Assembly: GCA_964187785.1 (NCBI GenBank)
Contig: OZ076409.1
Coordinates: 80,724,001 to 80,788,000 of the forward strand
Direction: 5' to 3'
DNA length: 64,000 nt
DNA from: Amphiscolops sp. MND2022
Lineage: Eukaryota
The notes beneath the pieces were generated by a model. It searched no databases. It was not told where the DNA came from and worked only from the letters and a program-made list of their open reading frames with translations. Positions 50,401 through 64,000 of this stretch are shown piece by piece (position 1 is the first letter of the stretch; each line of letters begins with the position of its first letter). The translations under genes and the position numbers were made by a program.

Positions 50401-53400
50401 GTGCTGCACATAGATTCCAGTTAGCTGTGAATGATTACATTGCAGATGTCATGCCGATCATCGTAAAATTCACAACATAATGACAAAACTCAGGACCCTG
50501 AAACCTGCTGCCAAAATGAGAAAACTCTCAACTTTGCGTCCGATGATATAGAATGCCACGCGGTGGGGTAGTTCATTTGCAATGATTAGTCGATACCGAA
50601 AACTTAAAGTGGTCATACAAACAAATTTCGTTTTGGAACCTATGATACTTGAGCATATTATATCTCCTCGAAAAGATGCTAACATAGAGTCCATTTATCA
50701 AGATCTGAAAAGTTTTAATCCGGTCACTCTAGCCCTACAAAGGGACAACCTGGATCTCACATCGGTCAGACTCTTATTCGATGAGACTATGAAAAATTCC
50801 CGCGGTTTGACCCGAATCAAAAATATTTGGTAAAAGATGCATCAATTGTGAAATCAAACCATTTTGAGAACGGAGTTGTGAAAATTATAGACGGAATGCA
50901 AGCGGATTTGACATTGGTAGAAAAACTCACTCGGTAGAAGTGGTAGAAAGATGACAGTGAATTAGTGGTAATGAAAAAACCTATGATCGATTGTGCTGCT
51001 CATAGATTCCAGTTAGCTGTGGATGATTACAGTGCAGATGTCATGCCGATCATCGTAAAATTCACAACATAATGACAAAACTCAGGACCCTGAAACTTGC
51101 TGCCAAAATGAGAAAACTCAACTTTGCGTCCGATGACATAGATTGCCACACGGTTGGGTAGTTCATTTGCAATGATTAGTCGATACCGAAAACTTAAAGT
51201 GGTCATACAAACAAATTTCGTTTTGGAACCTATGATACTTGAGCATATTATATCTCCTCGAAAAGATGCTAACATAGAGTCCATTTATCAAGATCTGAAA
51301 AGTTTTAATCCGGTCACTCTAGCCCTACAAAGGGACAACCTGGATCTCACATCGGTCAGACTCTTATTCGATGAGACTATGAAAAATTCCCGCGGTTTGA
51401 CCCGAATCAAAATTATTGGGTAAAAGATGCATCAATTGTGAAATCAAACCTTTTTGAGAACGGATTTGTGAAAATTATAGACGGAATGGAAGCGGATTTG
51501 ACAATGGTAGAAAAACTCACTTGGTAGAAGTGGTAGAAAAATGACAATGAATTGGTGGAAATGAAAAAACCTATGATCGATTGTGCTGCACATAGATTCC
51601 AGTTAGCTGTGAATGATTACATTGCAGATGTCATGCCGATCATCGTAAAATTCACAACATAATGACAAAACTCAGGACCCTGAAACCTGCTGCCAAAATG
51701 AGAAAACTCTCAACTTTGCGTCCGATGATATAGAATGCCACGCGGTGGGGTAGTTCATTTGCAATGATTAGTCGATACCGAAAACTTAAAGTGGTCATAC
51801 AAACAAATTTCGTTTTGGAACCTATGATACTTGAGCATATGTTATCTCCTCGAGAAGATGCTAACATAGAGTCCATTTATCAAGATCTGAAAAGTTTCAA
51901 ATCGGTCACTCTAGCCCTACAAAGGGCCAACCTGTATCTCACATCGGTCAGACTCTTATTCTATGAGACTATGAAAAAGTTCCCGCGGTTTGACCCGAAT
52001 CAAAAGTTTTTGGTAAAAGATGCATCAATTGTGAAATCAAACCTTTTTGAGAACGGATTTGTGAAAATTATAGACGGAATGGAAGCGGATTTGACAATGG
52101 TAGAAAAACTCACTTGGTAGAAGTGGTAGAAAAATGACAATGAATTGGTGGAAATGAAAAAACCTATGATCGATTGTGCTGCACATAGATTCCAGTTAGC
52201 TGTGAATGATTACATTGCAGATGTCATGCCGATCATCGTAAAATTCACAACATAATGACAAAACTCAGGACCCTGAAACCTGCTGCCAAAATGAGAAAAC
52301 TCTCAACTTTGCGTCCGATGATATAGAATGCCACGCGGTGGGGTAGTTCATTTGCAATGATTAGTCGATACCGAAAACTTAAAGTGGTCATACAAACAAA
52401 TTTCGTTTTGGAACCTATGATACTTGAGCATATGTTATCTCCTCGAGAAGATGCTAACATAGAGTCCATTTATCAAGATCTGAAAAGTTTCAAATCGGTC
52501 ACTCTAGCCCTACAAAGGGCCAACCTGTATCTCACATCGGTCAGACTCTTATTCTATGAGACTATGAAAAAGTTCCCGCGGTTTGACCCGAATCAAAAGT
52601 TTTTGGTAAAAGATGCATCAATTGTGAAATCAAACCTTTTTGAGAACGGATTTGTGAAAATTATAGACGGAATGGAAGCGGATTTGACAATGGTAGAAAA
52701 ACTCACTTGGTAGAAGTGGTAGAAAAATGACAATGAATTGGTGGAAATGAAAAAACCTATGATCGATTGTGCTGCACATAGATTCCAGTTAGCTGTGAAT
52801 GATTACATTGCAGATGTCATGCCGATCATCGTAAAATTCATAACATAATGACAAAACTCAGGACCCTGAAACCTGCTGCCAAAATGAGAAAACTCTCAAC
52901 TTTGCGTCCGATGATATAGAATGCCACGCGGTGGGGTAGTTCATTTGCAATGATTAGTCGATACCGAAAACTTAAAGTGGTCATACAAACAAATTTCGTT
53001 TTGAAACCTATGATACTTGAGCATATTATATCTCCTCGAAAAGATGCTAACATAGAGTCCATTTATCAAGATCTGAAAAGTTTTAATCCGGTCACTCTAG
53101 CCCTACAAAGGGACAACCTGGATCTCACATCGGTCAGACTCTTATTCGATGAGACTATGAAAAATTCCCGCGGTTTGACCCGAATCAAAAATATTTGGTA
53201 AAAGATGCATCAATTGTGAAATCAAACCATTTTGAGAACGGAGTTGTGAAAATTATAGACGGAATGCAAGCGGATTTGACATTGGTAGAAAAACTCACTC
53301 GGTAGAAGTGGTAGAAAGATGACAGTGAATTAGTGGTAATGAAAAAACCTATGATCGATTGTGCTGCTCATAGATTCCAGTTAGCTGTGGATGATTACAG

Positions 53401-56400
53401 TGCAGATGTCATGCCGATCATCGTAAAATTCACAACATAATGACAAAACTCAGGACCCTGAAACTTGCTGCCAAAATGAGAAAACTCAACTTTGCGTCCG
53501 ATGACATAGATTGCCACACGGTTGGGTAGTTCATTTGCAATGATTAGTCGATACCGAAAACTTAAAGTGGTCATACAAACAAATTTCGTTTTGGAACCTA
53601 TGATACTTGAGCATATTATATCTCCTCGAAAAGATGCTAACATAGAGTCCATTTATCAAGATCTGAAAAGTTTTAATCCGGTCACTCTAGCCCTACAAAG
53701 GGACAACCTGGATCTCACATCGGTCAGACTCTTATTCGATGAGACTATGAAAAATTCCCGCGGTTTGACCCGAATCAAAATTATTGGGTAAAAGATGCAT
53801 CAATTGTGAAATCAAACCTTTTTGAGAACGGATTTGTGAAAATTATAGACGGAATGGAAGCGGATTTGACAATGGTAGAAAAACTCACTTGGTAGAAGTG
53901 GTAGAAAAATGACAATGAATTGGTGGAAATGAAAAAACCTATGATCGATTGTGCTGCACATAGATTCCAGTTAGCTGTGAATGATTACATTGCAGATGTC
54001 ATGCCGATCATCGTAAAATTCACAACATAATGACAAAACTCAGGACCCTGAAACCTGCTGCCAAAATGAGAAAACTCTCAACTTTGCGTCCGATGATATA
54101 GAATGCCACGCGGTGGGGTAGTTCATTTGCAATGATTAGTCGATACCGAAAACTTAAAGTGGTCATACAAACAAATTTCGTTTTGGAACCTATGATACTT
54201 GAGCATATTATATCTCCTCGAAAAGATGCTAACATAGAGTCCATTTATCAAGATCTGAAAAGTTTTAATCCGGTCACTCTAGCCCTACAAAGGGACAACC
54301 TGGATCTCACATCGGTCAGACTCTTATTCGATGAGACTATGAAAAATTCCCGCGGTTTGACCCGAATCAAAAATATTTGGTAAAAGATGCATCAATTGTG
54401 AAATCAAACCATTTTGAGAACGGAGTTGTGAAAATTATAGACGGAATGCAAGCGGATTTGACATTTGTAGAAAAACTCACTCGGTAGAAGTGGTAGAAAG
54501 ATGACAGTGAATTAGTGGTAATGAAAAAACCTATGATCGATTGTGCTGCTCATAGATTCCAGTTAGCTGTGGATGATTACAGTGCAGATGTCATGCCGAT
54601 CATCGTAAAATTCACAACATAATGACAAAACTCAGGACCCTGAAACTTGCTGCCAAAATGAGAAAACTCTCAACTTTGCGTCCGATGACATAGATTGCCA
54701 CACGGTGGGGTACTTTATTTGCAATGATTTGTCGATACCGAGAATTTAAAGTTGTCAAACAAATTTCGCCTTGGAACCTATGATACTTGAGCATATGTTA
54801 TCTCCTCGAGAAGATGCTAACATAGAGTCCATTTACCAAGATCTGAAAAGTTTCAATTCGGTCACTCTAGTCCTACAAAGGGACAACCTGGATCTCACAT
54901 CGGTCAGACTCTTATTCGATGAGACTATGAAAAAATTCCCGCGGTTTGACCCGAATCAAAAATATTTGGTAAAAGTTGCATCAATTGTGAAATCAAACCC
55001 TTTTGAGAACGGAGTTGTGAAAATTATAGACGGAATGGAAGTGGATTTGACAATGGTAGAAAAACTCACTTGGTAGAAGTGGTAGAAAAATGACAGTGAA
55101 TTAGTGGAATTGAAAAAACCTATTATCGATTGTGCTGCAGATAGATTCCAGTTAGCTGTGAATGATTACAGTGCAGATGTCATGCCGATCATCGTAAAAT
55201 TCACAACATAACGACAAAACTCAGGACCCTGAAACTTGCTGCCAAAATGAGAAAACTCTCAACTTTGCGTCCGATGACATAGATTGCCACACGGTGGGGT
55301 AGTTCATTTGCAATGATTAGTCGATACCGAGAACTTAAAGTTGTCATACAAACAATTTTCGCCTTGGAACCTATGATACTTGAGCATATGTTATCTCCTC
55401 GAGAAGATGCTAACATAGAGTCCATTTATCAAGATCTGAAAAGTTTCAAATCGGTCACTCTAGCCCTACAAAGGGCCAACCTGGATCTCACATCGGTCAG
55501 ACTCTTATTCGATGAGACTATGAAAAAGTTCCCGCGGTTTGACCCGAATCAAAAGTTTTTGGTAAAAGATGCATCAATTGTGAAATCAAACCTTTTTGAG
55601 AACGGAGTTGTGAAAATTATAGACGGAATGGAAGCGGATTTGACAATGGTAGAAAAACTCACTTGGTAGAAGTGGTAGAGAAATGACAATGAATTGGTGG
55701 AAATGAAAAAACCTATGATCGATTGTGCTGCACATAGATCATAGATTCCAGTTAGCTGTGAATGATTACATTGCAGATGTCATGCCGATCATCGTAAAAT
55801 TCACAACATAATGACAAAACTCAGGACCCTGAAACCTGCTGCCAAAATGAGAAAACTCTCAACTTTGCGTCCGATGACATAGATTGCCACACGGTTGGGT
55901 AGTTCATTTGCAATGATTTGTCGATACCGAGAACTTAAAGTTGTCATACAAAAAATTTAGCCTTGGAACCTATGATACTTGAGCATTTTATATCTCCTCG
56001 AGAAGATGCTAACATAGAGTCCATTTATCAAGATCTGAAAAGTTTTAATCCGGTCACTCTAGCCCTACAATGGGACAACCTGGATCTCACATCGGTCAGA
56101 CTCTTATTCGATGAGACTATGAAAAATTACCGCGGTTTGACCCGAATCAAAATTATTTGGTAAAAGATGCATCAAATGTGAAATCAAACCATTTTGAGAA
56201 CGGAGTTGTGAAAATTATAGACGGAATGGAAGTGGATTTGACAATGGTAGAAAAACTCACTTGGTAGAAGTGGTAGAAAAATGACAGTGAATTAGTGGAA
56301 TTGAAAAAACCTATTATCGATTGTGCTGCAGATAGATTCCAGTTAGCTGTGAATGATTACAGTGCAGATGTCATGCCGATCATCGTAAAATTCACAACAT

Positions 56401-59400
56401 AACGACAAAACTCAGGACCCTGAAACTTGCTGCCAAAATGAGAAAACTCTCAACTTTGCGTCCGATGACATAGATTGCCACACGGTGGGGTAGTTCATTT
56501 GCAATGATTAGTCGATACCGAGAACTTAAAGTTGTCATACAAACAATTTTCGCCTTGGAACCTATGATACTTGAGCATATGTTATCTCCTCGAGAAGATG
56601 CTAACATAGAGTCCATTTATCAAGATCTGAAAAGTTTCAAATCGGTCAATCTAGCCCTACAAAGGGCCAACCTGGATCTCACATCGGTCAGACTCTTATT
56701 CGATGAGACTATGAAAAAGTTCCCGCGGTTTGACCCGAATCAAAAGTTTTTGGTAAAAGATGCATCAATTGTGAAATCAAACCTTTTTGAGAACGGAGTT
56801 GTGAAAATTATAGACGGAATGGAAGCGGATTTGACAATGGTAGAAAAACTCACTGGGTAGAAGTGGTAGAAAGATGACAGTGAATTAGTGGAATTGAAAA
56901 AACCTATTATCGATTGTGCTGCAGATAGATTCCAGTTAGCTGTGAATGATTACAGTGCAGATGTCATGCCGATCATCGTAAAATTCACAACATAACGACA
57001 AAACTCAGGACCCTGAAACTTGCTGCCAAAATGAGAAAACTCTCAACTTTGCGTCCGATGACATAGATTGCCACACGGTGGGGTAGTTCATTTGCAATGA
57101 TTAGTCGATACCGAGAACTTAAAGTTGTCATACAAACAATTTTCGCCTTGGAACCTATGATACTTGAGCATATGTTATCTCCTCGAGAAGATGCTAACAT
57201 AGAGTCCATTTATCAAGATCTGAAAAGTTTCAAATCGGTCACTCTAGCCCTACAAAGGGCCAACCTGGATCTCACATCGGTCAGACTCTTATTCGATGAG
57301 ACTATGAAAAAGTTCCCGCGGTTTGACCCGAATCAAAAGTTTTTGGTAAAAGATGCATCAATTGTGAAATCAAACCTTTTTGAGAACGGAGTTGTGAAAT
57401 TTATAGACGGAATGGAAGCGGATTTGACAATGGTAGAAAAACTCACTTGGTAGAAGTGGTAGAAAAATGACAATGAATTGGTGGAAATGAAAAAAACCTA
57501 TGATCGATTGTGCTGCACATAGATTCCAGTTAGCTGTGAATGATTACATTGCAGATGTCATGCCGATCATCGTAAAATTCACAACATAATGACAAAACTC
57601 AGGACCCTGAAACCTGCTGCCAAAATGAGAAAACTCTCAACTTTGCGTCCGATGATATAGAATGCCACGCGGTGGGGTAGTTCATTTGCAATGATTAGTC
57701 GATACCGAAAACTTAAAGTGGTCATACAAACAAATTTCGTTTTGGAACCTATGATACTTGAGCATATTATATCTCCTCGAGAAGATGCTAACATAGCGTC
57801 CATTTATCAAGATCTGAAAAGTTTTTAATCCGGTCACTCTAGCCCTACAAAGGGACAACCTGGATCTCACATCGGTCAGACTCTTATTCGATGAAACTAT
57901 GAAAAATTACCGCGGTTTGACCCGAATCAAAAATATTCGGTAAAAGATGCATCAATTGTGAAATCAAACCCTTTTGGGAACGGAGTTGTGAAAATTATAG
58001 ACGGAATGGAAGCGGATTTGACATTCGTAGAAAAACTCACTTGGTAGAAGTGGTATAAAGATGACAGTGAATTAGTGGAATTGAAAAAACCTATGATCGA
58101 TTGTGCTGCAGATAGATTCCAGTTAGCTGTGAATGATTACAGTGCAGATGTCATGCCGATCATCGTAAAATTCACAACATAATGACAAAACTCAGGACCC
58201 TGAAACCTGCTGCCAAAATGAGAAAACTCTCAACATTGCGTCCGATGATATAGAATGCCACGCGGTGGGGTAGTTCATTTGCAATGATTAGTCGATACCG
58301 AGAACTTAAAGTGGTCATACAAACAAATTTCGTTTTGGAACCTATGATACTTGAGCATATTATATCTCCTCGAGAAGATGCTAACATAGAGTCCATTTAT
58401 CAAGATCTGAAAAGTTTTAATCCGGTCACTCTAGCCCTACAAAGGGACAACCTGGATCTCACATCGGTCAGACTCTTATTCGATGAGACTATGAAAAATT
58501 CCCGCGGTTTGACCCGAATCAAAAATATTTGGTAAAAGATGCATCAATTGTGAAATCAAACCCTTTTGAGAACGGAGTTGTGAAAATTATAGACGGAATG
58601 GAAGCGGATTTGACAATGGTAGAAAAACTCACTTGGTAGAAGTGGTAGAAAAATGACAATGAATTGGTGGAAATTAAAAAACCTATGATCGATTGTGCTG
58701 CACATAGATTCCAGTTAGCTGTGAATGATTACATTGCAGATGTCATGCCGATCATCGTAAAAGTTCACCACATAATGACAAAACTCAGGACCCTGAAGCT
58801 TGCTGCCAAAATGAGAAATCTCTCAACTCTGCGTCCGATGATATAGAATGCCACGCGGTGGGGTAGTTTATTTGCAATGATTAGTCGATACCGAGAACTT
58901 AAAGTGGTCATACAAACAAATTTCGTTTTGGAACCTATGATACTTGAGCATATTATATCTCCTCGAGAAGATGCTAACATAGAGTCCATTTATCAAGATC
59001 TGAAAAGTTTTAATCCGGTCACTCTAGCCCTACAAAGGGACAACCTGGATCTCACATCGGTCAGACTCTTATTCGATGAGACTATGAAAAATTCCCGCGG
59101 TTTGACCCGAATCAAAAATATTCGGTAAAAGATGCATCAATTGTGAAATCAAACCCTTTTGGGAACGGAGTTGTGAAAATTATAGACGGAATGGAAGCGG
59201 ATTTGACATTCGTAGAAAAACTCACTTGGTAGAAGTGGTATAAAGATGACAGTGAATTAGTGGAATTGAAAAAACCTATGATCGATTGTGCTGCAGATAG
59301 ATTCCAGTTAGCTGTGAATGATTACAGTGCAGATGTCATGCCGATCATCGTAAAATTCACAACATAATGACAAAACTCAGGACCCTGAAACCTGCTGCCA

Positions 59401-61638
59401 AAATGAGAAAACTCTCAACATTGCGTCCGATGATATAGAATGCCACGCGGTGGGGTAGTTCATTTGCAATGATTAGTCGATACCGAGAACTTAAAGTGGT
59501 CATACAAACAAATTTCGTTTTGGAACCTATGATACTTGAGCATATTATATCTCCTCGAGAAGATGCTAACATAGAGTCCATTTATCAAGATCTGAAAAGT
59601 TTTAATCCGGTCACTCTAGCCCTACAAAGGGACAACCTGGATCTCACATCGGTCAGACTCTTATTCGATGAGACTATGAAAAATTCCCGCGGTTTGACCC
59701 GAATCAAAAATATTTGGTAAAAGATGCATCAATTGTGAAATCAAACCCTTTTGAGAACGGAGTTGTGAAAATTATAGACGGAATGGAAGCGGATTTGACA
59801 ATGGTAGAAAAACTCACTTGGTAGAAGTGGTAGAAAAATGACAATGAATTGGTGGAAATTAAAAAACCTATGATCGATTGTGCTGCACATAGATTCCAGT
59901 TAGCTGTGAATGATTACATTGCAGATGTCATGCCGATCATCGTAAAAGTTCACCACATAATGACAAAACTCAGGACCCTGAAGCTTGCTGCCAAAATGAG
60001 AAATCTCTCAACTCTGCGTCCGATGATATAGAATGCCACGCGGTGGGGTAGTTTATTTGCAATGATTAGTCGATACCGAGAACTTAAAGTGGTCATACAA
60101 ACAAATTTCGTTTTGGAACCTATGATACTTGAGCATATTATATCTCCTCGAGAAGATGCTAACATAGAGTCCATTTATCAAGATCTGAAAAGTTTTAATC
60201 CGGTCACTCTAGCCCTACAAAGGGACAACCTGGATCTCACATCGGTCAGACTCTTATTCGATGAGACTATGAAAAAATTCCCGCCGTTTGACCCGAATCA
60301 AAATTATTTGGTAAAAGATGCATCAATTGTGAAATCAAACCGTTTTGAGAACGGAGTTGTGAACATTATAGACGGAATGAAAGCGTATTTGACAATGGTA
60401 GAAAAACTCACTTGGTAGAAGTGGTAGAAAAATGACAGTGAATTGGTGGAAATGAAAATACCTATAATCGATTGTGCTGCACATAGATTCCAGTTAGCTC
60501 TGAAAGATTACATTGCAGATTTCATGCCGATCATCGTGAAAATTCACCACATAATGACAGAATTCAGGCCCTGAAACTTGCTGCCAAAATGAGAAATCTC
60601 TCAACTCTGCGTCCGATGATATAGAATGCCACGCGGTGGGGTGGTTCATTTGCAATGATTAGTCGATACCGAGAACTTAAAGTTGTCATACAAACAATTT
60701 TCGCCTTGGAACCTATGATACTTGAGCATATGTTATCTCCTCGAGAAGATGCTAACATAGAGTCCATTTATCAAGATCTGAAAATTTTTAATTTGGTCAC
60801 TCTAGCCCTACAAAGGGACAATCTGGATCTCACATCGGTCAGACTCTTATTCGATGAGACTATGAAAAATTCCCGCGGTTTGACCCGAATCAAAAATATT
60901 TGGTAAAAGATGCATCAATTGTGAAATCAAACCATTTTGAGAACGGAGTTGTGAACATTATAGACGGAATGCAAGCGGATTTGACAATGGTAGAAAAACT
61001 CACTTGGTAGAAGTGGTAGAAAAATGACAGTGAATTGGTGGAAATGAAAAAACCTATGATCGATTGTGCTGCGCATAGATTCCAGTTAGCTCTGAATGAT
61101 TACATTGCAGATGTCATGCCGATCATTGTGAAAATTCACCACATAGTGACAAAACTCAGGGCTTGAAACTTGCTGCCAAAATGAGAAATCTCTCAACTCT
61201 GCGTCCGATGATATAGAATGCCACGCGGTGGGGTAGTTCATTTGCAATGATTAGTCGATACCGAAAACTTAAAGTGGTCATACAAACAAATTTCGTTTTG
61301 GAACCTATGATACTTGAGCATATTATATCTTCTTGAGAAGATGCTAACATAGAGTCCATTTATCAAGATCTGAAAAGTTTTAATCCGGTCACTCTAGCCC
61401 TACAAAGGGACAACCTGGATCTCACATCGGTCAGACTCTTATTCGATGAGACTATGAAAAATTACCGCGGTTTGACCCGAATCAAAAATATTTGGTAAAA
61501 GATGCATCAATTGTGAAATCAAACCATTTTGAGAACGGAGTTGTGAAAATTATAGACGGAATGGAAGCGGATTTGACATTGGTAGAAAAACTCACTTGGT
61601 AGAAGTGGTAGAAAAATGACAGTGAATTGGTTGAATTG
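41500..61638 (+). repeat. Satellite array: 34 tandem ~592-bp units of the transposase core
   Basis: 34 occurrences of the TAGATTC(C/G)AG landmark from ~41532 to ~61076 at ~589-600-bp spacing. Each unit covers IDCAAHRFQLAV...ATRWGS...LTMVEKLT with shared stop codons. Confidence 0.97.
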
Positions 61639-61895
61639 CGTGACGACGGTGACACTGAAGATTTTGCTTGGAAGATTTTACAGAAACGCGCCAAGAACAC
61701 TGTCGATTCTGGTTACTGGAATTTGCAGTTTTTGAAGCCTACTAGCAATCTTCTCGAACGGTTTTTATTTATGCTGGCTTCGCTTTGAATGACCTCCGCC
61801 AAAGCCTGACCCCTTTACACCTCGAGCAGCAATTGTTCCTAAACGCCATTAAGAAATTTTTGGGTACCGAGACAGTTACGGTTTTACAGGACTAG
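61639..61895 (+). pseudogene. hAT transposase C-terminus (catalytic Glu / dimerisation region)
   Basis: DDGDTEDFAWKILQKR...KPTSNLLERFF...LNDLRQSLTPLHLEQQLFL, matching the hAT PTS..ER.FS motif. Confidence 0.88.
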
Positions 61896-64000
61896 TGATG
61901 ATAAATTGTGTTCGTTTTAAGATTTTAGAAAGTTTTGTTTTTTTGATCATTATTTTCAGTTTGTTGATTTATGCCAATAATTGCGATTATTGATTGATGA
62001 GGAAACCAATTAACAATTATTGATTGGCAAGCTTTTTGGAATCAATTAATTGCAATGAATAATTGCCTAGTCCTGGTCTGATGGGACACCCCTTTTTCGG
62101 CTTTGAGAGACTTTTTTTAAATTTTTTAATGTCCCCCAAGGGTGCTCCGTTCAATTTGTTTGCATTAGAACGAATGTTAAAAAATCCCAAAGGGTCCCTT
62201 TCAGATTTTTCGGCATTGAGACTTAAAATTTCCCCCTTTTTTCGAAAGTTTTTTAAAGACTCCAAAGGGTCCCCTCAAATTCGTTTTCACCGAAGCCTCT
62301 CCCCAATTTATACTAGAAACAAAACGTTTTGGGAGCGTTAGCGACTCCTCAAGGTTTTCGGCACTATGCGACTTACCGGAGACCATCAAAAAAAATTCGA
62401 AAAATTTTTTCCCTCCATTTTCTGTTTTTTTTTTAAGGTTTGTCGTTGAGAAAGATGAGTTTTTTGCTCTTTCCAGTCGGGGAAGAATGGCTTTCGAGAC
62501 TTATGCGTATCCTTTCGGGTATTTTTCGGCGCTGTAAAATTGATGACATTTTAATGTCCTTTTACCCTTGGTTCTCCGTATAATATTGCTTATTTGGTTT
62601 TCTTCAAAAGTTCGCAAGTGTTTGCGAAGCACGGCTTCGCCTCTGTGTAAACTTTGTCCTTTAAATTTTGAAAACTCACTGTGTATGATGATAGTATATG
62701 AACTCCAATGAATTTGCTATGCGATGATCCAATTTGTTCCAATTTTTTCATATTGTTATTTGAGTTTTCAAAATCCTTATACCTTTAATTGCGTTTAATA
62801 TTGACAAGACTTCATCAAAGTTCAAGTGTGCAGCCAATAGTTCAGATTTTGTTCCAAGTAATGCTGATCTAAAAGTCTTCATGGCAATGTTTGGAGTAAC
62901 ATTGATATTCCTGTTGGCATTCCTTGATAAAACCAAAGTGGAGGTTTAGTCAATGGACAGTGTCGCAGTTTGTAAGTATGCGTTTCTTTTCTGTGAGAAT
63001 TTCGGAGATTTCTGTGCGGTTGTATAAACAGTTGTCCCTTTGTTACTGTTGTAACTTGAAGAAAAATAAATCAGCATGAAACAAAGCAGCTGTAAGTTCG
63101 GATTGCAATAAATTCTATCCTTTGACTTGAAACATTGGCCTCTTGATATATGTGAAGCTCAGGAGCTGGGGAACCGAGCTTCAAATACTACATATTATGT
63201 CGACATCGTTACTGCCAAGGTTTACGAAAAATGAATTACCAATGTCTTGACATTAATTGCATTAATTTTCTTTATTATTTGCCCTAATTGAAAATTCTAA
63301 TTATTGGTTTTGAAGACACCCGGATAACTTCGAAGCGTTTTCACCCTCCACCTTTGAAAATTTTTGAAAAATTTGTAAACAAGATGAGGAAAAGCCAATA
63401 TTCGTTGACTTTCTGTTGAAATTTCTTCATTGTCCAATATTCCGCTGCAAAAGTTTAGTCATAATTACCCACGTTGGGACAACTTAACGTCAATCCCGAA
63501 ATTTCCTACTGGTAGAAAATCAATTTGCTTCATTATGAAGAAATCTAGGCAGTAAATTGCAGGAATAGCATGTGATTTACTGATATCTCTATGCAAGCCG
63601 GGATATTACTAAACCACTGAAATTGAAGGTCTGTAATTTGGTCATCTAACTCTCCTAGCAACTGTTTTGGCAAAAACCGAGTGTTTTCACTACTCGATAC
63701 CCAGTACGCTCAATTAATCAATTAATCGCCGAGAGGTTGGAATGGAGTCACAACAAAAGTTCTCTGATTTCACCTGTGGTGTAGGGCTCAAGTATATGGC
63801 ATTACTGTTTGGTTTGACTAACCAGTTTCGTGGAATATGTATTTTAGAAGTTTTGAACTTTTTTGTAATGACCCCAAATGACTAGTCCAAATTTTTTACA
63901 GCCTAAAACTCCAAATTGTCCATTTTTCGATCATTAAATTGGCATCTTTGTTCAACTTTTGAAGTTTTTGTGATTTTCATGTTTCAGGACCTGGCATGAA

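Larger units (their letters stand above)
40802..62075 (+). mobile_element. hAT DNA transposon, non-autonomous, 21,274 bp owing to an internal satellite
   Basis: Imperfect 14-bp TIRs CAGGGGTTGACAAT / CAGGACTAGGCAAT; perfect 8-bp TSD GTCTGATG (40794-40801 / 62076-62083); subterminal CAATTATTG/CAATTAATTG clusters at both ends; transposase remnants. Confidence 0.93.
40300..62420. repeat. Host repeat into which the hAT inserted (AAGTCGCAYAGTGCCGAAAA family), present on both flanks
   Basis: 27/29 inverted match between 40356-40384 and 62355-62383; related motifs at ~40755 and ~62095. Outer limits not defined. Confidence 0.55.

Noticed and set aside
41592-61359. Dozens of 60-118 aa ORFs as a tandem gene family
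   Set aside because: They are stop- and frameshift-bounded pieces of one transposase segment, or their antisense shadows.
41500-61638. 592 bp being about 4 x 148 bp (nucleosome phasing)
   Set aside because: No internal 148-bp periodicity is visible and the unit length follows from the junction position; numerology without chromatin data.
62430-64000. Possible decayed coding or interspersed-repeat sequence (including ORF 62748-62936)
   Set aside because: No motif, terminal structure or second copy in the window supports a call.

Overview
Eukaryotic (probably invertebrate animal) repeat-dense DNA. I found no convincing host gene; nearly the whole window is nested, mostly decayed transposable elements. 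1-10.4 kb: the intact-frame 3' end of a CR1/L2-type LINE with a (TAC)10 tail, inserted into a ~2.96-kb tandem triplication built from a decayed APE-RT LINE that itself splits a hAT-type MITE. 10.4-29 kb: a Ty3/Gypsy-type element with ~1.7-kb LTRs in which the gag ORF starts inside the LTR and reads through the PBS. It is inserted in a CR1-like LINE and followed by a shuffled mosaic of duplicated LINE/LTR blocks. 29-38.8 kb: a four-level nest of MITEs around a three-LTR tandem of a short-LTR Gypsy element whose two main copies carry complementary deletions. 40.8-62.1 kb: one hAT transposon with both TIRs and a perfect 8-bp TSD, inflated to 21.3 kb by a 34-copy, ~592-bp satellite made from its own transposase gene and showing higher-order structure. 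Coordinates were read by eye. TIR/TSD/LTR boundaries should be exact or within a few bases; ends of decayed LINE fragments are approximate. No database searches were run.
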